64,000 nucleotides of DNA, taken from an uncultured Clostridia bacterium (GTDB lineage: Bacteria; Bacillota; Dehalobacteriia; UBA4068; CALXSR01). Shown here in pieces: positions 57,283 through 64,000 of this stretch (position 1 is the first letter of the stretch; every line of letters begins with the position of its first letter). The position numbers and the translations under genes are program-made. Location of the stretch: positions 11,002 through 75,001 of the forward strand of contig CALXSR010000030.1 of assembly GCA_944391215.1 (NCBI GenBank), in the 5' to 3' direction. Under the pieces are notes generated by a model that saw only the letters and a program-made list of their open reading frames with translations, ran no database searches and was not told the origin of the DNA.

Positions 57283-58546
57283 ATTCTTCTTTTTCTTCCG
57301 CCGGTGTGGTGGGAATTTGCTTGCTGTTGCCGAATTTCACAATCGGAATTTTCGGCTCTGTTGGTGCAACGTCCGGTTTTAAAAAGATTTCTTCTTCCAA
57401 TTTTTCTTCCTCTTGTTCTTCTTTTTCTGCTGCTTCTTCCATATCTTGCTCTGGAATAGAGTCAGGTTCTGCATTTTGTTTCGATATCGTATCAATGGTT
57501 TCTTCTAACAAGGGTTCTGTCAATTCGATTTTTTCTTCTGCGAATGCTGTTTCCATTACAATGGTATCTTCTGGTAAAAGTTCTTCTGTTATTTTTTCTT
57601 GATCCAAAGTATCATTTTCTTCTTTTACTTTTTCTGCTGCGGCAGGAGAAAGGGTTATGGTTTCTGCTGGGTTAGGATTTTCTGTTGGCTCTTTTGGGGA
57701 ATCTGCTTGTGGTACCAAGTTTGCATCTTCCTGATTTTGTAATTCGAACAGGACGGCCTTTCTTTCGCCGCTCTGTCCCGGTCTTTTAATAGCCGCCTTT
57801 TTTTGGGCTAGGATTGTTTTATCCGCTTTTTCTTCTATAATGGTTTTATTCATTTTTGGTGCGGCTTCTTTTCCTAACATAACTTCCTTTTTTTCTTTTG
57901 CTTGTTGCAGGGGAGACGGATTGATTTCGATATATTGTTCTTTTTTAGAGCCGGTATTTTTGCGAAAGCCTATTTTTTTACCGGTTTGGTTCCACATATC
58001 GCCCGCTTTGCCTAATGTTTGTTTAATATTATTTTCACGGATAAATAATTCTTCTTCTGCCGCATCTTTCACAATAATCACGTCGGCCCCAATGGTGGAA
58101 ATATAGTCTGCATTTAAGCTGATGGTATCTTTTAATAAACTGCCGGAAAAACTGCCTGTTAATTCCAAACGGGTGATTTTTCCGCTTACGCAATCAATAA
58201 AGAATTCATCTACTTTGCCCAATTCTTTGCCACTTTCTGTGAGTACTTTGCTAGTAATAATACGTACGGGACGGCGCATATATTGTAGTGCCTCTGGAAA
58301 ATTGGCATTTTTTTGTACTTGCATATAAGAAGATTTATCAAGCGTAATCACATTTTCACCAATGCTTTTGATATGATTAAAAAAGACGACTTTACTTTCT
58401 TTTACCAAACTTCTTTTTTCTACTAAAAGAGCCAATACTTCTTTTTTTTCCGGGTTGATGACCAGGCTTCTGATGCGGCCTAGGTTTTGCCCCTCATGAA
58501 TACTGTAAACGGGCATGGCTATTATTTTACGGCTTGGTTTTTCCAT
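57281..58546 (-). CDS. Tandem PRC-barrel-domain protein with a roughly 200-aa acidic low-complexity C-terminal tail
   Basis: About 421 aa. Two PRC-barrel-like segments (IIAMPVYSIHEGQNLGRIRSLVINPEKKEV... and ITSKVLTESGKELGKVDEFFID...) followed by a Glu/Lys/Pro/Thr-rich tail. ATG at 58546 follows aggag. Confidence 0.55.
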   Translation of the reverse strand: MEKPSRKIIAMPVYSIHEGQNLGRIRSLVINPEKKEVLALLVEKRSLVKESKVVFFNHIKSIGENVITLDKSSYMQVQKNANFPEALQYMRRPVRIITSKVLTESGKELGKVDEFFIDCVSGKITRLELTGSFSGSLLKDTISLNADYISTIGADVIIVKDAAEEELFIRENNIKQTLGKAGDMWNQTGKKIGFRKNTGSKKEQYIEINPSPLQQAKEKKEVMLGKEAAPKMNKTIIEEKADKTILAQKKAAIKRPGQSGERKAVLFELQNQEDANLVPQADSPKEPTENPNPAETITLSPAAAEKVKEENDTLDQEKITEELLPEDTIVMETAFAEEKIELTEPLLEETIDTISKQNAEPDSIPEQDMEEAAEKEEQEEEKLEEEIFLKPDVAPTEPKIPIVKFGNSKQIPTTPAEEKEE

Positions 58547-58669
58547 TTGCACCAACTCCTCTTAATAATCTCTTTCTATTCTTATGTTTTTATAAGAATA
58601 GATATGATTTTTTTGCCAAAATATGATATGATTTTAAAAGACCCGTTGGGCAATAAGGAGTAAAAAAGA

Positions 58670-59275
58670 ATGAAGATTTTAGTGGGCTTGGGCAATCCGG
58701 GGCCGGAATACGCGCAAACGCGTCATAATGCCGGCGCCATGGCCCTTGATGAATTGGCTGCCCAATTAGGCGTGACCATAACGGAAAAACGCTTTCAATC
58801 TCTTAGCGCTTTGGTAAATTGGCGGGGAGAAAAGTTGCTTTTATTAAAACCGCAAACTTTTATGAATTTAAGCGGTCATGCGGTAGTTGCGGCGGCTTCC
58901 TTTTATAAAGTGGATTTTAATGATATTTTGGTTCTTTATGATGATATGGATTTGCCTTTGGGACAATTACGGTTGCGTAGGAGTGGGAATTCAGGTGGCC
59001 ATAAAGGGATCGCCTCTGTGATGGAACAGTGTGGTAAAAAGGAGATTGCCCGTTTGAGGATTGGGATTAGTCACAGTCTCTATGATACGATAGATTATGT
59101 TTTGGGAAAATTTTCTGCTGAAGAAATGACTATTTTAAAACCTGCTTTCCAAGAAGCGGCGGCGGCCTGCCTTTGTTTTTGTAGCGAAGGGTTGACAAAA
59201 GCCATGAATCAATATAATCAAAAAGCTAAAAAGAAAAAAGAGCATGATGCTGTTTTGGAGCAAAAAACAGAATAG
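58670..59275 (+). CDS. pth: Peptidyl-tRNA hydrolase
   Basis: LVGLGNPGPEYAQTRHNAG N-terminus. 201 aa. Terminator agcgcggtttggtaatcgcgct follows at about 59320-59345. Confidence 0.95.
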   Translation: MKILVGLGNPGPEYAQTRHNAGAMALDELAAQLGVTITEKRFQSLSALVNWRGEKLLLLKPQTFMNLSGHAVVAAASFYKVDFNDILVLYDDMDLPLGQLRLRRSGNSGGHKGIASVMEQCGKKEIARLRIGISHSLYDTIDYVLGKFSAEEMTILKPAFQEAAAACLCFCSEGLTKAMNQYNQKAKKKKEHDAVLEQKTE

Positions 59276-59365
59276 CTCTTTGGCATAAAGTTTTGGAAAA
59301 AGAATAAATTAGTAAAAAGCGCGGTTTGGTAATCGCGCTCGTTTGTGGTTTCATTGGGAGGAAGC

Positions 59366-62300
59366 ATGAAGGCGATATTACAATCTTTTGCGCAAAATAA
59401 AGAATGGATCAGGGGTCAACAAGCTTTGGCCAGGAAACAGGCGGTCTCTTTTGTAGGTTTACCCCTTTTGGCAAGGGCCTTTTGTATGGCGGCCTGTTAC
59501 CAAGAGCAAGAAAATGCCTGTTTGCTTTTAGTGCCAAAAGAAGAGGAAGCCAAAAGAATGCAGGAGGATTTGGCTGCCATTTTGGGGGAAAAGGAAGTTT
59601 ATTTTTTCCCACAAGGGGAATTGTTGCCCTATCAAAGTTATTCTGTTAATCAAAAAATAGAAAGCGCGCGGTTGCAAGTGCTTCGTGCTTTGGCCCAAGG
59701 AGAAAAAAAATTGGTTGTGACGACGGGCGACGCCTTATTGCGTCGCTTGCCTCCGGTGAAAACGCAACAGGGCGGCACTTTGTTATTGCAAGTTGGGAAA
59801 AATTATGACCGGGAAGCATTGATTGCCAAAATGATTGCATTGGGCTATCAGAGAGAAAAATTGGTAGAGATAGAAGGCTCCTTTGCAGTGCGTGGGGAAG
59901 TGTTGGATTTTTTCCCACCCTTAAGCCAAGATCCGATTCGGCTAGAATTTTTTGATGATTGCTTGGAATCGATCCGCTATTTTCATAAAGATACGCAGCG
60001 TTCTCTAAATACTATTACAGAATTTTTGGTAAATCCGGCGCGGGAAATTTTGTTATCCAAAGAACAGTTGCAGATAGCGGGTCAGAAACTGCAAAAAGAA
60101 CTGTTGCAAAGTGCGCATCATCTGCCGGCGGACAAGCAAAAAAATTTATATGACCGCTATCAAAGCTATGTGGATTTATTGGCAGAAGGGGTTTATCAGG
60201 CAGATATGCAACAATTCCTGCCGTATTTTTATGAAGAAAAGCATTGTCTTTTGGATTATTTCGGCCCGGAGGCAATTATAGCGATTAGCGAACCGGAAAC
60301 AATGGCAAAAATCATGCAGAAAAATCAAGAGGCACAAAAACAAATTGACGGCGATTTATTGGAACAAGGTCATATTTTGCCTTCCTTTGCGGAAAATTTT
60401 TATGATGCGCATTTGTCCATACAAAGAATAAGCAAGTATGGGACGCTACTGTTTTCTTATTTACCGGAAAAAATGGGTTTGCGTTTGGCCGATATGACCC
60501 AGTGGCCTATGGAGGAACCTTTGCATTATACCGGCCGCCTAGAACAACTAAAGGAAGATTGTGCAAATTGGAAAAAATTAGGTTATGCCGTTTACGCCAC
60601 GGCCAGTACCGAAATTCGTCGGAACCGTTTGCGGCAGCTTTTTGCAGAATTACAGTTACAGGCCACCATTTTTGACGCCCCTTTTACGCAGGGTTTTCTT
60701 GCGCATGCCATGAAAATGGTATTGCTTTCGGAAAAAGAATTACTAGGCGCCGATACGCGCGCCAAACCTAAAAAGAAAATGGAAAATGCCCGTAAAATAG
60801 ATACTTTTTTGGATCTATCGGTTGGGGATTATGTGGTGCATAGCAATCATGGGATCGGCCGTTATTTGGGTGTGGAGAGATTAAAAGTTGGCGATGGATC
60901 CAAAGATTATTTGCATATTCAATATCAAGGGGCGGATAAGCTATATGTGCCGGTCGATCAGTTGGATATGGTGCAAAAGTATGTTGGCAATGACAGTGAT
61001 GCGCCGAAATTAAATCGTTTGGGCGGCATGGAGTGGTCGCGGGCGAAAGGGAAAGTGCGCCAGGCCGTAGCCGATATGGCGCAAGAATTGCTGGCTTTAT
61101 ACAGTGCCAGAGAAGCGGTACAAAGACCGGATTTTGGTCCGGATACCCCGTGGCAGCAGGAATTTGAGGATTCTTTTCCTTTTGAGGAAACGGCGGATCA
61201 GCTGCAAGCGATTGCCGAGATTAAAGAAGATATGCAAAAAAGCCGGCCAATGGACCGTTTGCTTTGTGGAGATGTGGGCTATGGAAAAACTGAGGTTGCC
61301 TTGCGGGCGGCTTTTAAAGCAGTAATGGCCGGTCGGCAAGTGGCTGTTTTGGTTCCTACTACCATTTTGGCGCAACAGCATTTGCTTACTTTTAAAGAGA
61401 GGCTGGAAGGCTATCCGGTAAACGTAGCGGTTTTTTCCCGCTTTACAAGCGCCAAAGAGCAAAAGGAAATTAAAGAAGGACTGGCCAATGGGCAAATTGA
61501 TATTGTGATTGGGACGCATAAATTATTGGGCAAAGAGGTTCGTTTCCGTAATTTAGGGTTACTTATTATTGATGAAGAACAGCGTTTTGGGGTTGCGCAT
61601 AAAGAAAAAATTAAAACATTGAAAAATGCGGTGGATGTGTTGACCTTATCCGCTACACCTATTCCGCGTACTTTGCACATGTCTTTATTGGGGATGCGCG
61701 ATATGAGTATCATCAACACGCCTCCTGAAGATAGGCAAGCGGTACAAACTTCTATTGTGGAGGCCCATCCCCTTTTATTACAAGAGGTGATCAACCGGGA
61801 ATTACTGCGTGGGGGGCAAATTTATTTTGTGCATAACCGAATTCATGATATTGAACTGAAAGCCAAACAGTTGCAGGAATTAGTACCGCAGGCAAGTATT
61901 GCCATTGCGCATGGCCGCATGGCGGAGCGGGAATTGGAAGATGTGATGGATGCATTTATTGCCGGCAACAGCGATATTTTGCTTTGCACCACCATTATCG
62001 AATCCGGTTTGGATATCCCCAATGTGAATACCTTGATTGTGGATGACGCCGATCATTTTGGCTTGGCGCAACTTTATCAGTTAAGAGGGCGCGTTGGACG
62101 TTGTAAAAAACAGGCTTATGCCTATTTTACTTATGCGCCGCAAAAAATAATGAATGAAGTTGCTCGAAAAAGACTGGCCGCCATTCGGGATTTTACCGAA
62201 TTGGGTTCGGGTTTTAAAATTGCAATGCGTGATATGGAAATTCGCGGGGTAGGAAATTTATTGGGACCACAACAACATGGCCATATTGCTGCAGTTGGTT

Positions 62301-62848
62301 TTGATATGTATTGCCGCCTGGTTGAAGAAGAAATGTTGGCGCAAAAAGGGGAAAAACGCAAAGAAAAGCAAGCTCCCTTACTGGAATTGGATTTCAATGC
62401 CTTTTTACCAGAAGATTATGTGGAAGATGCGGCCAGTAAAATGGAAATTTATAAAAAGCTGGCGGCTGCGGAAAGCAATATGGAAATTGACGCTTTACAA
62501 GCCGAATTACAAGACCGTTTTGGAAAATTGCCGGAACCGGCTTTGGGTTTGATGCAGCTGGGTAAAATTAAAGTGTTGGCGCAGTCTTTTGGGTTTAAAT
62601 CTGTTATGCAAAATGCGGAACGATTCGTCGTACGGGTTGAAGACAGTGATGTGCTTTCTGCGGATGTTTTAATGCGGTTAGCCAATCAAATGCCGCAAAG
62701 AATCCGCTATAAACAACAAGAGAAAGCATTGTTAATTTATATTAATTGTCAGGATAAAAAAAAGGAAGAGGCGCTTTCCTTATTCCATGAATTTTTGCTT
62801 TGTTTGCAAAGGGTAACCAAGCAGAAAACAATAAAAGTGGGGGATTGA
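59366..62848 (+). CDS. mfd: Transcription-repair coupling factor
   Basis: About 1160 aa. UvrB-homology N-terminus, RNAP-interacting domain, DEAD/DEAH helicase motifs (LLCGDVGYGKTEVA, DEEQRFG), TRG motif and C-terminal D7 domain. Follows pth as in Bacillus. The ATG at 59366 after gggagg is preferred. Confidence 0.95.
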   Translation: MKAILQSFAQNKEWIRGQQALARKQAVSFVGLPLLARAFCMAACYQEQENACLLLVPKEEEAKRMQEDLAAILGEKEVYFFPQGELLPYQSYSVNQKIESARLQVLRALAQGEKKLVVTTGDALLRRLPPVKTQQGGTLLLQVGKNYDREALIAKMIALGYQREKLVEIEGSFAVRGEVLDFFPPLSQDPIRLEFFDDCLESIRYFHKDTQRSLNTITEFLVNPAREILLSKEQLQIAGQKLQKELLQSAHHLPADKQKNLYDRYQSYVDLLAEGVYQADMQQFLPYFYEEKHCLLDYFGPEAIIAISEPETMAKIMQKNQEAQKQIDGDLLEQGHILPSFAENFYDAHLSIQRISKYGTLLFSYLPEKMGLRLADMTQWPMEEPLHYTGRLEQLKEDCANWKKLGYAVYATASTEIRRNRLRQLFAELQLQATIFDAPFTQGFLAHAMKMVLLSEKELLGADTRAKPKKKMENARKIDTFLDLSVGDYVVHSNHGIGRYLGVERLKVGDGSKDYLHIQYQGADKLYVPVDQLDMVQKYVGNDSDAPKLNRLGGMEWSRAKGKVRQAVADMAQELLALYSAREAVQRPDFGPDTPWQQEFEDSFPFEETADQLQAIAEIKEDMQKSRPMDRLLCGDVGYGKTEVALRAAFKAVMAGRQVAVLVPTTILAQQHLLTFKERLEGYPVNVAVFSRFTSAKEQKEIKEGLANGQIDIVIGTHKLLGKEVRFRNLGLLIIDEEQRFGVAHKEKIKTLKNAVDVLTLSATPIPRTLHMSLLGMRDMSIINTPPEDRQAVQTSIVEAHPLLLQEVINRELLRGGQIYFVHNRIHDIELKAKQLQELVPQASIAIAHGRMAERELEDVMDAFIAGNSDILLCTTIIESGLDIPNVNTLIVDDADHFGLAQLYQLRGRVGRCKKQAYAYFTYAPQKIMNEVARKRLAAIRDFTELGSGFKIAMRDMEIRGVGNLLGPQQHGHIAAVGFDMYCRLVEEEMLAQKGEKRKEKQAPLLELDFNAFLPEDYVEDAASKMEIYKKLAAAESNMEIDALQAELQDRFGKLPEPALGLMQLGKIKVLAQSFGFKSVMQNAERFVVRVEDSDVLSADVLMRLANQMPQRIRYKQQEKALLIYINCQDKKKEEALSLFHEFLLCLQRVTKQKTIKVGD

Positions 62849-62985
62849 ACCCGTTTTTTTATCTTTTTATGGTGCTATGGTATGAAATTTTTGTGTAAAA
62901 GAGTAAATTTATTTGGGTTTTTGTTTTCCTGTGGTATAATAAGACGGATTGCAGAATGCAATATGTCTATTAGGAGGTTTCTGTT

Positions 62986-64000
62986 TTGAAAAAAAATATG
63001 TTGTTGGGGCTGGCCTTGTTGGGTTGTCTTTTTATGTTTACTGCTTGCGGTAATGATGGCACGCCAAAAAAAGAGCCGGCATCTGGGGAAATTATTGCTA
63101 CAATCAATGGGGAAAAAATTTCAAAAGATATTTATGACACGTATTATGAGATGGGAAAAGCGGATTTTGAAAGTATGGGCATCAATATGGATTCGGCAGA
63201 TAGTAAGCAGTTTATTGCCTATATCGAGCAAAATGCTTGGGAACAAACCTTATATTTAACTTTAATTTTACAAGAAGCTAAAAATTTAGGGGTATCTGTG
63301 CCAGATAAAGAAGTAACAGCTTATTATAATGAACAGGTGGATGATACTTTTTCTAGCCGGGAAGAATATGCCAAATGGTTGGAGCAGAGTAATATGACGG
63401 AACGGCAAGTTTGGGAAACCATGCAAATTAACCTTTCCGCGCAAAATATTTATAATAAATTGGGAGAAGACATTACCATAACGGATGAAGACGTGAAAGC
63501 TGCTTATGAAAAAGAACCGTTACGTTGGGAAACCAGAAAAGCCTCCCATATTATCATTCAGCCAGCTGACGATAGTGAAGAAGCGCAAAAAGAAGCAGAA
63601 AACAAAGTAAAAGATTTAATTCGTCAATTAGACGAGGGGGCTGATTTTGCTACTTTAGCTAAAGAAAATGGTATGGATGGCACGGCCAGCAATGGCGGTT
63701 CCTTAGGAGAAGCATTTGGCCGCTATGATAGCAATTATGCCGAAGAATTTGTAGTGGCTGTTTATGATTTAGAAAATGAAGGAGATTATAGTAAAGAGCC
63801 GGTAAAAACGAGCTTCGGTTATCATGTCATTAAGCTAGATGAAAAAAATGATGATTTTGACCAATTAAAAGATAGTATCAAAGAAAAGCTATTAACAGCA
63901 GCCAAAGATGAAGCCTATTCAAACTGTTTAACAGATTTAGAGCAGAATGCCGTAGTGGAAATGAACTATACGTTCCAGTATTATATGCAACCGGAAAATG
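62986..64000 (+). CDS. prsA: Parvulin-type peptidyl-prolyl isomerase lipoprotein (PrsA/SurA-like), 3' end beyond the window
   Basis: Lipoprotein signal with lipobox (LLGCLFMFTACG). Rotamase domain ASHIIIQPA...FGYHVIKLDE. No stop codon before the window end. TTG start after taggagg. Confidence 0.7.
   Translation, partial: MKKNMLLGLALLGCLFMFTACGNDGTPKKEPASGEIIATINGEKISKDIYDTYYEMGKADFESMGINMDSADSKQFIAYIEQNAWEQTLYLTLILQEAKNLGVSVPDKEVTAYYNEQVDDTFSSREEYAKWLEQSNMTERQVWETMQINLSAQNIYNKLGEDITITDEDVKAAYEKEPLRWETRKASHIIIQPADDSEEAQKEAENKVKDLIRQLDEGADFATLAKENGMDGTASNGGSLGEAFGRYDSNYAEEFVVAVYDLENEGDYSKEPVKTSFGYHVIKLDEKNDDFDQLKDSIKEKLLTAAKDEAYSNCLTDLEQNAVVEMNYTFQYYMQPEN

Noticed and set aside
61097-61794. 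Minus-strand ORFs inside mfd
   Set aside because: They are shadow ORFs. mfd is continuous and conserved across the region.
1-64000. Mobile elements, prophage, rRNA/tRNA, restriction-modification, toxin-antitoxin or defence islands
   Set aside because: No transposase, integrase, recombinase, phage structural or Cas-like ORFs, and no tRNA-like or rRNA-like sequences, were recognised. Inverted repeats found are terminators or short operator-like palindromes.

Overview
This 64 kb window is a mostly housekeeping chromosomal segment from a low-GC Gram-positive-type (Firmicutes-like) genome. No rRNA, tRNA, CRISPR array, transposase, integrase or obvious defence island was found. Gene order reproduces two conserved Bacillus origin-proximal blocks. 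Block 1 is yaaO-like decarboxylase, tmk, holB, yaaT/ricT, yabA, trmN6, rsmI, metG, tatD, yabE, an amidohydrolase inserted where rnmV sits in B. subtilis, and rsmA. Block 2 is ispE, GntR, an NTP-transferase-like gene, corA, spoVG, glmU, prs, pth and mfd. Accessory and metabolic genes are interspersed: htrA, rlmH, serA, yfbR, gltS, potABCD with an XRE-cupin regulator, two PLP decarboxylases, SleB-like LysM hydrolase, rubredoxin, PAP2, rmuC, xth, lgt, lpd, YhgE/Pip, glnS, glnA, dapF, dapL and nadE. Two riboswitches can be supported from sequence. An M-box sits upstream of corA on the minus strand. A yjdF-type element sits upstream of a YjdF/DUF2992 gene and carries an 8-nt anti-SD helix that can sequester the ribosome-binding site. 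The most unusual observation is a NadE whose fused glutaminase domain has lost two of three catalytic residues (Glu to Ala, Cys to Gly), directly followed by a stand-alone nitrilase-superfamily hydrolase with an intact Glu-Lys-Cys triad. Other points worth a second look are a degenerate HD-GYP protein, a frameshifted Fpg/Nei glycosylase gene, an Eis-like GNAT plus stand-alone DUF2156 operon, candidate operator repeats at the pot regulator, and an unexplained structured element between the two decarboxylase genes. I have no tools, so coordinates for elements not in the ORF track (rubredoxin, RNA elements, repeats, promoters, terminators) may be off by 1-2 nt.
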